Source: the human T2T-CHM13v2.0 reference genome, Homo sapiens. Taken from it: 64,000 nucleotides of DNA. The stretch lies in NCBI RefSeq assembly GCF_009914755.1, contig NC_060925.1; one strand, given 5' to 3'. Position 1 is the first letter of the stretch. Each line of letters starts with the position of its first letter. Below the pieces are notes generated by a model. That model did not search any database. It was not told where the DNA came from and saw only the letters and a list, made by a program, of their open reading frames with translations. Positions 28,559-46,518 of this stretch are shown here, one piece after another. The position numbers were made by a program, and so were the translations under genes.

Positions 28559-29051
28559 GAGGTTTAATTGACTCACAGTTTCACATGGCTGGGGAGGCCT
28601 CAGGAAACTTAACAATCATGGCAGAAAGTAAAGGAGAAGCAAGGGCACATTTAACATGGTGGCAAGAGAGAGAGTGAGGTAGGGAACTGCCACACTTTAA
28701 AACCATCAGATCTCAGGGGAACTAACTCACTGTCATGAAAACAGTAAGGGAGAAACCTGCCCCCATGATCCAATCATCTCCCACCAGGCCCCTTCTTTAA
28801 CACATGGGAATTATAATTCCAGATGGGATTTGGGTGGGCACACAGAGCCAAATAAGATCATTTGGCCCATGGCTCCTCCAAAATCTCATGTCCTTTCACA
28901 TTTCAAAACTAATTATGCCTTCCCAACAGTCCCCAGAAGTCTTAAATCATTGCAACATTAACTCAAAAGTCTAAGTCTAATGTCTCATCAGAGACAAGGC
29001 AAGTCCCTTCTGCCTATGAGCCTGTAAAATCAATGGTGGTACAGGCATTGG

Positions 29052-30356
29052 TTAAATGTTCCTGTTCCAAATGGGAGAAACTGACCAAAACAAAAGGGCC
29101 ACAGGCCCCATGCAAGTCCAAAACCCAACAGGGCAGCCATTAAATCTTAAAGCTCTAAAATAATCTCCTTTGACTCCATGTGTCACATCAAGGGCACGCT
29201 GATGCAAGAAGTGGGTTTCCAAGGCCTTGGGCAGCTCCACCCCTGTGGCTCTACAGGGTATAGCCTCCACAACTGCTTTTAAAGGCTGGCATTGAGGACC
29301 TGAGGCTTTTTCAGGTGCATGGTGCAAGCTGTCAGTGTATCTACCACTCTTGGGTCTGGAAGACAATGGCCTTCTTCTCACAGCTCCAGTAGGCAGTGCC
29401 CTGGTGGGGACTCTGTGTTGGGGCTCCAATCCCACATTTCCCCTCCATACTGCCCTAGCAGAGGTTCTCCATGAGGGCTTTGCCCCTGCAGCAGACTTCT
29501 GCCTGGACATCCAAATGTTTCCACACCTCCTCTGAAATCTAGGCAAAGTCTCCTAAACTCCTGCCTTCTGCACACCTGCAGGCACAACACCACATGGAAG
29601 TCACCAAGGCTTGGAGGTTGCACCCTCTGAAGCCATGGTCTTAGCTATACCTTGGCCCCTTTTAGCCACAGCTGGATCTCCAGTGGCTGGGATGCAGGGT
29701 GCCATGTCCCAAGGCTGCATAGAGCAGCAGGGGCCCTGAACCTGGCTCATGAAGCCATTTTTCTATTCTAGACCTCTGGGCCTGTGGTGGGAGGGACTGA
29801 GGAAGATCTCTGAAATGCCCTGGAGACATTTTCCCTACTGTCTTGGTGAGTAACATTTGGCTCCTTGTTACTTATGCAAATTTATCCAGCCAGCTTGAAT
29901 TTCTCCCCAGGAAATGGGTTTTTCTTTTCTACTGCTTGGTCAGGCTGCAGATTTCCCAAACTTTTGCTCTGCTTCCCTTTTAAACATAAGTTCCAATTTC
30001 AGACCATCTATTTGTGACTGCATATGACTGTATGTTGTTAGAAGCACCCAAGCCACCTCTTGAATGCTTTGCTGCTTAGAAATTTCTTCCACTAGATATC
30101 CTAAATCATTTATCTCAAGTTCAAAGTTCCATGTATCTCTAGGGCAGGGGTAAAATGCCACCAGTGTCTTTGCTAAAGCATAGCAAGAGTGACCTTTGCT
30201 CCAGTTCCCAATAAGTTCCTCATCTCTATGTGAGACCACTTCAGCCTGGACTTCGTTGTCCATATCACTATCAGCATTTTTGTCAAAACCATTCAACAAG
30301 TCTCTAGGAAGTTCCAAACTTTCCCACATCTTCCTGTCTTCTTCTGAGCCCTCCAA
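29052..30356 (-). pseudogene. Decayed MaLR internal ORF remnants
   Basis: Peptides EGSEEDRKMWESLELPRDLLNGFD...WSKGHSCYALAK and GNVGLEP..RVPT are typical THE1/MST-int ORF; broken by frameshifts/stops. Confidence 0.75.
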
Positions 30357-31164
30357 ACTGTTCCAACCTCTGCCTATTACCCAGTTCCAAAGTCACTTCC
30401 ATATTTTCAGGAATTTTTACAGCAGTACCCCACTCCTGGTACCAATTTTCTGTGTTAGTCCGTTTTCACATTGCTATACAGAACTACCTGAGACTGGGTA
30501 ATTTATAAAGAAAAGAGGTTTAATTGACTCACAATTTCACATGACTGGGGAGGCCTCATGAAACTTACAATAATGGCAGAAGGTGAAGGAGAAGCAAGGC
30601 ACATCTTACATGGTGACAGGAGAGAGACAGAGAGAGAGCAAGGGAAGGAAGAACCACACTTTAAAACCATCAGATCTTATGAGAACTGACTATCACAAGA
30701 ACACCAAGGGGAAAATTCACCCCCATGATCCAATCACCTCCCATCAGGCCCTTCCTCTGACATGTGGGAATTAGAATTTGAGATGAGATTTGAGTAGGGA
30801 CACAAAACCAAACCACACCATAAATCATTTGCAAATATTTTCTCTCAGTCTGTGGATTGTATTTGCATTCTCTTGTGTCTTCCAAAGGGCAGACATTTTA
30901 AATTTATTCATCTGTATACCAATACCACACTGTCTTGATTGCAGTGGCTTTCTCTAACTACTCCAAGACAAAGGCATAAGTGAAAAAGGAAAAAAAAATA
31001 GAGGAATGTTTTTTGAGTTCTATATGTGCAAGCATACTTGCCAAGAAAGAAATTTTATTTTTCTTAGAAAGTTGTGAGGTCACAGGTCCTCTTCCTAGAG
31101 CCCGCCCCCTCCCCACCACTAGGTGTTGTCTGATAGGGACTGAGGTGGACATGACTAACATCTC

Positions 31165-31300
31165 CCATCTTCTAGAGATAAAACTTTTCTTAATATGGCC
31201 TGAGATCACATTAGCTTTGTGATGGTTTCTGTTGACTCACATAAAGCTTGTGATCAACTAAAACTCCTTTGTTTTACAAGTGATCCTGTTAAGTCTGGTC
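31165..31300 (-). mobile_element. L3/CR1-like fragment
   Basis: TGTTGACTCACATAAAGCTTGTGATCAACTAAAAC resembles recalled L3 consensus. Confidence 0.5.
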
Positions 31301-31399
31301 AAGTCAAACCCTCTGCACTGATCAGTAAGCACTTTATATTACATAATTTTTGATTAGTGATTATGTGTCTAGCCTCATCTAGGTACTTTATATAATAAA

Positions 31400-31580
31400 T
31401 CACTATTATGGCTACCACATACTGAGCACTTTTACTGTGTGCCAAAGTGCTAAACACTTTGCATACCACATTCAAACCTTGCAACAACCACTTAAAACAG
31501 GCTTTATTAACCCCACTTTATTGTTGAAGACATTGAGAGTTTTAGGAGTGATGCCGTTCCCCAAGAGTCTGGAGCATGAG
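31400..31580 (-). mobile_element. MIR
   Basis: TACTGAGCACTTTTACTGTGTGCCA...GTGCTAAACACTTTGCAT. Confidence 0.75.
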
Positions 31581-31754
31581 TAGGTCTGGGGCAAGTCATC
31601 CCAGGCTGGAGTGATGACCCCTATGTTAGGGACTTTTAAATTATAAAACACCAATCAAATGTCAGGGGTGTCATTAGCATCATTACCATTATGCCGACTT
31701 GCCAAGTCTAATTTGGGAAACTTTGAAGGACGGGCTTCACTATATCAGTGATTG

Positions 31755-32170
31755 ATTTGTTTACATGAAATAGAAGCCCACTCCAGCTAGTTTAAGCAAA
31801 AAATGTAATTCAATATAAGGCGTTAGAACTATCTCACAGATCTCAAGGGCAGGCAAGTCGCACAAGGACCTTACACTCAGGACTGGTGTTGGGGGAATGC
31901 CCACCTTTCCGTCCACTTCTCTCAAAACACCAATTTCCTTTCTGTCTTTCAGACACGTGTCCCAAGCAGCCCTCCTTGGCAAATCTACATTTCCTTACCC
32001 AACCAGGACCTGTGGCAAACAGTCTGGCCTCTCCTTGTCCTAATTCCAAAGTTCAGGAATCTGACTGGCCCAGCCTGGCCTCTAGAGTGGTTGCCTGTGA
32101 GTCAGGTACCTGCTTCTGCCCCAGTTAACTGGACAAGGAGGCTGGGCTGCATAGAAGAACCAAGGACCCA
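31755..32170 (-). mobile_element. Old MLT1 (K/L-type) LTR
   Basis: AGAAGCCCACTCCAGCTAGTTTAAGCAAAAAA...GAATCTGACTGGCCCAGCCTGG. Confidence 0.5.
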
Positions 32171-32390
32171 GGAGACTCCCTGGGCTTGTGGGCTGAGCAG
32201 GTACCTACTGAAGAAACCTGAAGAAAACTGAAGAAACCTACTTCAGTTTGGCCGGTCCTGGGGACTAGGAGCAGGCCAGGTGGGCCACGTTTCTGCCCAG
32301 TCATTTCCCAGTGCTGAGCTTCTTCAGGGGTAAAATGGCTTTCTCTGGCATTTTAGTGTCTTAGTGCCTCTAGAAACTCTGGAAGGTTCT

Positions 32391-32872
<482 letters not shown>

Positions 32873-33269
32873 TAGTGACATATGTGTAGCTCATGCTTTG
32901 GGGGCTGTTTAAGGCTCCTGGGGACTTATCTACCTGTTTTTCTTAGTCCCTCGCCCTGGTTTACAGACCATTCCCAAGGGACTTCCTGTCTTGCCTTCCT
33001 GAGTCACTGCTGAGCTTTGAAAACACGATACATGTGCTGCTTTTGACCAGCCACCTCTTCACTGATTCCGTCTAGTCTCTGTGTTTTCCTTTGCTGGGTG
33101 TGACTCTTTGAATCAGACTTCCAGAATGTTAGGGCTGAAAGATCATTGCATCCGAATGCCCTCCACTGCTCACTTGTGGGACCTGAGGTGCAGAGAGGAG
33201 AGGATGAGTGAATGCAGATACATCCAAGGTGGCACAGAAGAGGGTTTTAGGTGATACATGGACAAACAT

Positions 33270-33440
33270 TTTGTTATTGTAATAGCTATATTTAAACAGA
33301 CTGTACTGTTGCTTAGGCTGAGGCTAAATTTATTTAAGTAAAATAGTCCAATAAAGAAAAACACAAAGCAAAAATATCTTACAGATTATAAAAAATGATG
33401 AAAGTAGTACAGGAATGAGTGACATTTGGGAAATACTACA
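33270..33440. mobile_element. hAT-Charlie fragment (MER113-like)
   Basis: GCTTAGGCTGAGGCTAAATTTATTTAAG...TTTGGGAAATACT terminus. Confidence 0.5.
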
Positions 33441-35292
33441 TTGATGAATGAGTGGGTGAATGGATGAATGAATGAATATATCAATGGATAAGGTACAACA
33501 CTGGAATCTTTAGGATTCATTTTCTTACAGACATGGAATTTTTTCCCAGTCCTTGCACTTCAAGTCAGAGAATCATCATGATCCCACGAAACACCAGCTC
33601 AGCCCCCACAGGTGCTATACTTTTGACGAGATGGAACACAAATGGATTACTATGCAGTTCTCTTTTTTCCAGGTCAGCAAAGTCCAAACGCAGGGGCAAC
33701 TGAGTGTACCTTTTAAGGTGAATGTCTTGAACTCCAGTTGCTCCGCCTCCTTTGGGTTGCTATGACCTTTTTCCTAATCTTAAAGAGAGGAAGAGCTTTA
33801 AGGGCCAGATGGGGTCTCTGGTTTCCCACGGGGCTCCCCAAAGGCAGCCCTTCTTGGCAAAACCCTGGGCCCATGCCAGGACTGAGTCATAGAAGGGAAA
33901 GTACCCTGGGTGGAAGTTGGACAGTGACCTTGGGCAAGCCCCTTCCCTCCTTCGCTGGGTCTTAGTGCTTCCTCTGAGAAGCAAGGAGGTTTAACTCCAC
34001 CTCATTCGTGCCTTCATTCAATAAACACCAAATGCATTCCTGGCATTTGCTTGGTATGTGGGCAGATAAATAGAGTAATTGGATTCAGTGCCTGGAAGAA
34101 CCCACAGTCAGGTTGGGTGGGGAGAAGGCACCTAAGGGCCTGTAATTACAGATATGTTTAAGAAGGGCTAGATGATGTGGACAGTCCCTGCCCACTCCGG
34201 GATCCCTAGAATGTGTCAGTGCAGGGGAAGGAATACATAAGTAACTTGGCAAGGTCACAGGGTTACACCCAGAAAAATGTTAGCCCTTGAAGTTAGGGAC
34301 AGCCCTGGGCCTAGCTCCTGATCCTTCTCCATCCTACAGAAAACCTGCTGAACATGGATTTTGGAGTTGAGCCAATTCAGATTCCAACCCCTGAGCAGAC
34401 ACCAACTGGAACTGGAAGCGTCACTCTCCGGGCCTCAGTTTCCTCCTTTATCCAAGGGGGATAGGCCCTGGGATCCTAGGACATATGAGGGTTCCATAAG
34501 ATAAGTATAATGTGTATCATGTCAAGAGCTCAGCACAGGGCCTGGCCCATTGTACGACTCCACCATCAAGGCAGGAGGTCGAATGGACATCTGTCCACTC
34601 TGGAAACACACCCACCTCTTGCCTCCCTTGGCTGGTCCCAGGGTTGGCTCTCTTTCTGGGGCCCTCTTACCCAAGAGGTCTTGCCTTAGTCCTCTCTTGA
34701 CCCTTTGAATGCTCTCAGGGGCTTCCTCTTCTCAGGCCAGAGCCTCCCCATTGTACACCTCTGCTCTACTGATCTGGCTGTGAACTGGTATGTGCCAGAG
34801 ACAGGGAGGAGGCTGGTAGGGCTGGGATTCCTTGGGGGAAAGCTGGCCAGAGCTGCAGGTTCCCCGACTCTCTTCCCAGCATTAAATTAGCACTGGAGCT
34901 GCCTGGTCTTGCCCAATAACTTGCCCAGGACAAGGTGACATCCTTCCTCCCTTCTTTGAGGCAGGACTGAGTGGCTTCCTAGAAGAAGACAGGCAGGACA
35001 AGCCAAGACGCACCCAAAGAATGGGGGAGGGAACCTGATTGGGGGAGAAGATGGGAGAGTCTGGAGCTTGGGGCAGCAGTGGATGGAACAGGTTTGCCCA
35101 CATTCCTGGCAGGCCCCAGGATTCCAAAGCACTTTCTGTTTTTGTCACTGCCCCACCAATCACATACTCTGCCAGGGCCACAAGGCACCAGGCTTTTCAG
35201 AGCACCAAGCCCTTCCACCTTCACTTCTCATTCTTCACACCAAAAGATGGGTACTACTGGCTCTGTTTTACAGATGAAGAAATTGAGGCTCA

Positions 35293-35642
<350 letters not shown>

Positions 35643-36407
35643 TAGCCATTCACTAAGAACTACTATGAACCAGGTGGATTTCATACAAAAATCATCTCTG
35701 TTCCCAATATCCCAGCAAGGTGCCCATTTTACAGATGAGCAGACCAAAATGCAACCTAATGAAAGCACTTGCCCAAGGGCCCAGAACTAGCAAGCACAGA
35801 GCAAAGATGTGAACCTAGATTTGTTGGACTCCAGATCCTACCCCTTCTCAATGTTAAAGGCAAGGAAGCGGAGGCTCAGTAAGGTTCAAACCATGTCCAA
35901 GGTCATACCACCAGCAAGGCAAAGCCAGTTTTCAACCCAGGTCTGTCTAACCCTGCAACTTCTGTGTTTGCCGTATGCTACATTGTCTCAATAAACCTTT
36001 TTTTCATGGAGCAACTGGCTGATGCCAAATGACTACAACTGTATCTCAAACAGATAAAGATCCAGGACAGAAAGGGTCATGAACTATTATTACCATTATC
36101 ATCAACGCTATTATTAATTGCTAACATAGCAGGGTCAGCATTTATACTGTATGATTCAGATTTGCAGAAATAAAACTTTCCTTCCACAACTGAACCCAAC
36201 GCGATCACAACTCCTCTTCCCCTGATTTATTTCTGGGTTAAAATGTATTTTTTCATGACAACTAAATGCAGTGGGAGAGCGTGCATTTTCTTTTGCTTTA
36301 AAGGACATTTGGGGACAATTGGTAAAATCTGAAATAAGTCTACAGGTTAGATAATAGTCTTGTATAATGTTAATTCTCCAATTTTTAATTTTCGTGTTAA
36401 AAAAAAA

Positions 36408-36831
<424 letters not shown>

Positions 36832-37559
36832 AATTCTCCAAGTTTGATAACTATACTGTGGATATGTAGGGTTACGTCCATGTTTTTAGGAAATACACAC
36901 TAAAGTATTTAGGAACAAAAGGGCACTATGTGGACAACTTTTAAACATTTCAGAAAAAAATACACATGCACATGTGCACACAAACACAGAAGAATAAAGC
37001 AGATATAGTAAAATGTTAACATTTAGGGAATTTGGATGAAGGGATTCAGAATTCTTTGCCTTACTCTTCCAACTTTTCTATAAATCTGAAATTATGTCAA
37101 TACCAAAAAATTTAGACAAAAATATTTAGTCTTGTTTGGAAAAATCGTCAGCTCAGGATCTGAACTTGCTGTTAGGGTTGCTCGTCTCTCGGTGGTGCCT
37201 TCTCCTTCTGTCCAAGGATCACATCGGGTGGCAGAGGAGCCTTACCTAACACCTATGGGCTTGGGCCTAGGCTTCTGGGCTTGATGGCCCTATGGGCTGC
37301 CTTGCCCTCTGTGGTGTCTGGTGCCAGCTTCTCCCCATTGCTTCTCTGCTGGTGTCACTGGTCCTCTCTGGCTTTGGGCCTGGGCATACGTCACTCCTGA
37401 AGCCTCCAGCCACGGTGTCTGTTGCCAGAGCTGTGTGCTCTGAGCCCTCCTCATCCTGACCCCAAGCCTCTCACAGGTTCCTCAGGGCTTAGATGTGTCC
37501 TACTGGAAACTTCTGATGCTTACCCATGACCCACAAAGGCCTCAGGGGAGTCAGACGTT

Positions 37560-38200
37560 TGTATGAGTCAGTCTCATCAGGAACACAGAAAGCAGACTGG
37601 TTGCTTTAAGAGAGGGAATTGAATAGAAAGAATTGACTATTTCAACAGGAGTTTTGATGGAGACAAAGAAAAACAAAAAATTTTAAATGTTTTTAAAAGA
37701 ACTGACTAAACATTAATTGACAGATGGAAAAGCCGGCGGCATGAGAGCGGAGGTAGTAACTGCAGGAAACAGACACCACCCCTAGGGAAGGGAGAACAAG
37801 GGAGGAAGTTAGGTGTCAGGACCTAGCAGCTGGGACCCAGACCCGGAGGAGGGCATGGCTGTAACTGGTGCTGGTGTCTCCGAGGGGCCACAGTGGGGCT
37901 GGTTCTGGGAAGGCGGGGAAAACCTAGAAACTAGAACCGCTTGCTGCTGGAACCAATTTCCTCTGCCAGGGTGAATGAAGGGCCATCGCTGAGGCGATGG
38001 TGACAGGATGGAACGGTATGCTGAGACCTTTCTTCCTGGGACCGCCTTGCACCCTCCAGGGTCCCCTATTGGCAGAGCCTATCCTGGAAACAGCTGACGG
38101 AACAGAAATAGGGTGGGCCCCAATGCCAGCCCCAGCGTCACCAGACGGCACATACAGGGATAGGTTTGGGGACAAGGGCTGATAGCTTCAGAACTGGTAC
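37560..38200 (-). mobile_element. ERVL LTR (LTR41-like)
   Basis: TGTATGAGTCAG...AGAGGGAATTGAATAGAAAGAATTG...CCCTATTGGCAGAGCCTA...CCAGCCCCAGC resemble recalled LTR41/LTR40 group. Confidence 0.6.
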
Positions 38201-39010
38201 GTGGAGGGAATGGGGAGCCGTGGGGCTGGGCCAGAGAGAACGTTGCTTCTCTCTCTCCCTCAATAGGCCTCACAGCCATTCCACCTCCCGTGGAAGGAGG
38301 CATACGCCCCTTAGTTCATTGGTCTTCTACTCCTTCCACTGGGCATTCACCCTAAGCAGATGAGACCTGAATCCCAGGCACTTGCTCTCTTTTCTATGTT
38401 TCTCAGTCCATCCAGGAAGAGTTTCTTGCCTGACCTGAGAAATTACCTACTTGATGACATCAGGGAAACTTTTATTCCTTGGGTCATCCAAGTTTCATCT
38501 CTTGATTTTTTTTCCTTTTACTTTTTATCCTCCTTGATCTGTTAATAAATCTCTTGATATTTAAAGAGAAGATTTTGAAAAAAATGTGTCTCTTCTGTAT
38601 ATATTGACTTTGTAGTTGAGTGCCTGGATCTTTAAAATAATTCTGCTTTGGACTTTTATAAGAGTCCCATTTGACATTCAAGGCTGAACAATGACTTCTT
38701 TCTCTCAGGCTATACTCCAGTGCCCCTTCAGACAATTGGTGAAGGGCCATTAAACAGAAAAAAAAAAAAGTTGGTGAGGAAGAAAAAGGCTCAATTAAAA
38801 AGCTCCAAATATGACCCTGCTCTACTACTGTGAACTGAGTACTATGTGCTTGGATGTGTTAAGGACGGAGGCCATTGCCATGTGAAGAAGGTAGGAAGGT
38901 CTCTTTGACTTCAAAGCCCTAGGTTTTCCCCACTGGGCTATCCCACTTTTCTGGGGCCATTTCTAGCCTTTTACCTTTTGATAAACTGAGGCCCAGGAGG
39001 CTACTATGCA

Positions 39011-39600
<590 letters not shown>

Positions 39601-39763
39601 CCACTGCCTCCCTCCATTCCTGCTGGAACACACAGAACCTACCTTCCGTCTTCCCACCCTGACCCACTGAGAAACCTCAAGCTTTGGACTTGTCCATGCT
39701 GCCCTCTAACCCTAGATCACAGTTCTGAGTGTGAATACTGCCAGCCCAGAAGAGAACATTCAT

Positions 39764-40062
39764 GCTGGATGCAGTGGCTCACACCTGTAATCCCAGCACT
39801 TTGGGAGGCTGAGGTGAGTGGATCACTTGAGTCCAGGAGTTTGAGACCAGCCTGAGCAACACGGCAAAACCTCATTTCTACAAAAAATACCAAAAAAAAA
39901 AAAATTATCCAGGCATGGTGGTGCACACCTGGAGTCCCAGCTATTTAGAAGGCTGAGGTGGGAGGCTCATTTGAGCCCAGGAGGCAGCAGTTGCAGTGAG
40001 CCGAGATCATGCCACTGCACTCCAGCCAGGGTGACAGAGTGAGACCCTGTCTCAAGAGAAAA
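39764..40062 (+). mobile_element. AluJ
   Basis: Dimer. Confidence 0.9.
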
Positions 40063-40262
40063 GAAGGAGGACATCCATTGCACTCAACTGCACATGCATT
40101 GGGATGGTTGGAAACATCTGCATGACCTCCTGCTTTTTGTTAGTATTATTGTTGGATTCTTTCATCGAGCTATTTGCATGTTGTGTAAACTGCAGTTCCC
40201 AATATTTGTGAAAACATTTTGTTTGCTTGTTTGTTTAATTGGGGAATTTGAAGGCTTTGTGA

Positions 40263-40619
<357 letters not shown>

Positions 40620-40747
40620 TGAAATGATTTTAGATTTACAGAAGAGTTGTAAAAGGGAACAGAGAGTTCCCATATAACTTTCACCCATCTTCCCTTTTTG
40701 TTACATAGCCATGGCAGGAAAATCAAAACTAAGAAATTGACATTGCC

Positions 40748-40900
40748 AGCTGGGCATAGTGGCACTTGCCTGTAATCCCAGCATTTTGGGAAGCTGAAGT
40801 GGGAGGATCACTGGAGACCAGGAGTTTGAGATTGCAGTGAGCTATGATTGTGTCACTGCACTTCAGCCTAGGCAACAGAGTGGGACTCTCTTAAAAAAAA
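40748..40900 (+). mobile_element. Alu monomer (FRAM/FAM-like)
   Basis: Monomer; TSD AAATTGACATT. Confidence 0.85.
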
Positions 40901-41096
40901 ATTGACATTACCACAACACTATTAACTACACAACTACAAATGTTATTTAGATTTTGCCAGTTTTTCCATGAATGTGCTTTTTCTGTGCCAGGATTCCAGC
41001 CAGTATATCATGTTGTATTTAACCATCATGTCTCCTTACTCGCTTCCAATCTGTGACAATTTCTTGGTCTTGTTTTTTCATGACCTTGGCACTTTT

Positions 41097-41761
<665 letters not shown>

Positions 41762-42796
41762 CCATTGGCACTTTTGAAGAGTACTGGTTGGGAATTTTGT
41801 AGAATGTCCCTGAGGCTTTGTCTGATATTTCTCACTAGACTGGAGTCATGGATTTTGGGGAATACCACAGAGGGGGAAGCATCCCTCACCTTAAATAATA
41901 TCTGGGGATATATGAGATCAGCATAATTTGTTGCTGGTGATGTTAACCTTAATCACTTGGTTAAGGTTATGTCTGCCAAGTTTCTCTGTTGTGAAGTTGC
42001 CATTTTTCCTCTTTCCATACTCTAGAAGCAAGTCACTAAGTCCAGTCCGCACCAAAGGGGAAAAGAATTAAGTCCCACTTCCCAGAGGAGGTGTATCAAA
42101 GAATCTGTGGACATCTGTTAAAACCACCATGGTCATTAATATTTTGAAGAAAATGCTTTAAGGCTATCCAAATGTTGTGTTTCTCCTTAACATTTCATTC
42201 ACTCTTTTAGCATTCATCAGTGGATCTTGCCTTTTTAACATAAATAATGTCACATTAGCCATTGTTTGACAAAATACATAATGTCAATAAGCTATTGTGA
42301 AATCAGGTCTTGTATTGTACTAACCACAATAAAATCTACACGGTCTAGATGAATTTAAAAGGTATTGCATTCAGGGCTGATTCAGAGCTGGGACCTGTGG
42401 CCATATTAGCTTAATTATTGAAATACATCTGTCCCTACTCTGTTCTAAGTCCCATTTCTGCCCAACTCTTGGGAAACCTCTCCACAGTTAAAAACAACTT
42501 TCTAGACATTTCTGTTAAGTATACTGTGGTATTATGACATATATTGGTTTTTGTGCACAGTTCCGGGTTCATAACTCCCATAGCCCTTGTTACAGTCTTT
42601 TGTTACAATGTTGGGCGTGTTAGGCCTCAGGGGCAGGCCTCAGGAAACAGAATCTCTCTTTCTTCTGCCCTCCTTTCATCTGCCCCAAGGCAGGCCTCTA
42701 ATCTACCCCCACCTTTCTGACTATGAGTATTAAGACCCTGTACACACTGAGGAAAGGAATGCTGATGTCATGAAGCTTCTATAAAAACCCAAAAGG

Positions 42797-43505
<709 letters not shown>

Positions 43506-44454
43506 TACCCAAGAGGACTGGGTTGGGAGAGCTCCGGGTAGCTGAACACGTGGAGGTTCCTGGAGGGTGATGTGCCCAGGGAGGACATGGAAGCTCTGAG
43601 TCCCTTCTCCCATACTTTGCCCTCCACGTCTCTTCATCTGTATCCCTTGTAACATCCTTTATAATAAAGCAGTTAACATGTTTCCCTGAGTTCTGTGAGC
43701 CGCTCCTGCAAATTAATCCAACCCAAAAAGGGGGTCATGGGACCACAACTTGAAGCCAATCCCCGCACTGGCTTCAGGAAGTTTTGGAGGCCCGGACTTG
43801 CAACTATTTCCCAGGGACTAGGGAAAAAGAGAAGAGAAGTGTCTAGGGATGGGAGGACCGTCCTGGGGACTGAGCTCTCAACTGTGGGATCTCACGTTAT
43901 CTGCAAAGAGACAGTGTTGGAATTGAATTGGAGGACATCCAGCTGCTGTCCGCTGGTTGGTGTCTCAGGAAAACTTCCCCTCACATTTGATCACAGAAGT
44001 CTTCTCTGTTGATTGTTGTGGTGTGTGAGAGTAGGAGAAAAACACGGTTTGGATAGAGTTTTTTTTTCCAACACAAGTACATATCAGAGTTTTATTACAA
44101 TCTTGCTTCAAGGGGAAAGGTCTCTAGTGGGCCAATCCAAAGATTCACTCCTGGAAGGGACATTTTATGAGAAAAGAGAATGGCCAGCATAATTATTATT
44201 AGATGAACAAGAAAAAGAACATATCACCCTATATCATTAAGGCAAGGACATGGGCTTTGGTACTACTTTGTTATTCCCCATGATCCAGTAACTAAAGCAG
44301 CAGTGCCTGGCTCAGGACCAGAATGCTGCCCGCCTCTCACCCCTAGCTTGGGGTTGGGCCAGCCTCCATTCTGATGGTCAGCCCTGTGCTGGAATGGTTG
44401 TTAATTACTTGACTAGTGTCCAAGTTTTGGGTATCCACAAAACAAGACATATGA

Positions 44455-44754
<300 letters not shown>

Positions 44755-44755
44755 C

Positions 44756-45044
44756 TTTATTATTATTATTTTGAGACAGGGTCTGTCTGTCACCCAGGCT
44801 GGAGTCCCATGACGCAATCAGAACTCAATGCAGGCTTAACTTCCCTGGCTTAAACGATCCTCCTGCTTGAGTAGCTGGGACTACAGGCATGCGCCACCAT
44901 GCCTGGTTATTTTTTTTTTTTTTCAGTAGATATGGGATCTCGCTATGTTGTCCAGGCCAGTCTTGAACTCCCAGGCTCAAGCGATCCTCCTGCCTCATTC
45001 TCCCAAAGTACTGGGATTACAGGCATGAACCACCATACCTGGCC
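44756..45044 (-). mobile_element. AluJ
   Basis: Reverse dimer. Confidence 0.88.
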
Positions 45045-45146
45045 AAAACGAGGCATATTAAATAATCAGTCTACAGTTTGGTTCAGGCATAGTTTGATTT
45101 GGTTCAGAGAAAGCAGTCTTTAGAGCCAGCAAGAGTAGGTTTTGAA

Positions 45147-46137
<991 letters not shown>

Positions 46138-46518
46138 TTACACAGATGCAATGTTGGTGGAGCTGAGATTCAAACCCAGGCAGCCTGGTGTCAGCACCTC
46201 TATAATAAACATGCAATAAACATGAGCACCCTCTAATCCCTTGCAACAACTCTAAGCCTTCCAGAATTCTACAGCCTGCAGGTTGGGAGCTCCTGCTATA
46301 GACCTGACAGAGGCCTTTGGCTACTTAATGAAATATTCTGACACCAGGAGGGTTGCATAGTTATTTTTCTAACTTTACAGCAAGAGGAAGACAGGTCAAA
46401 AAAAAAAAAACAGATTTATGCAGTTACCCAGAAACAGAGATATTTGGCTGACAAGGTACGACTGTTCAGAAATAGTCATTGGACAGTACTTTCCCCCAAA
46501 ACACTGTCTCAAGGTCCC

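Noticed and set aside
29052-30356. MaLR ORF pieces as a functional CDS
   Set aside because: Fragmented across frames; recorded as a decayed retroelement ORF.
38724-38746. Small inverted repeat CCCTTCA...TGAAGGG
   Set aside because: 7-bp arms are within chance expectation.
41943-41969. Imperfect hairpin TAACCTTAATCACTTGGTTAAGGTTA
   Set aside because: Appears to be part of the L1MC consensus, not locus-specific.
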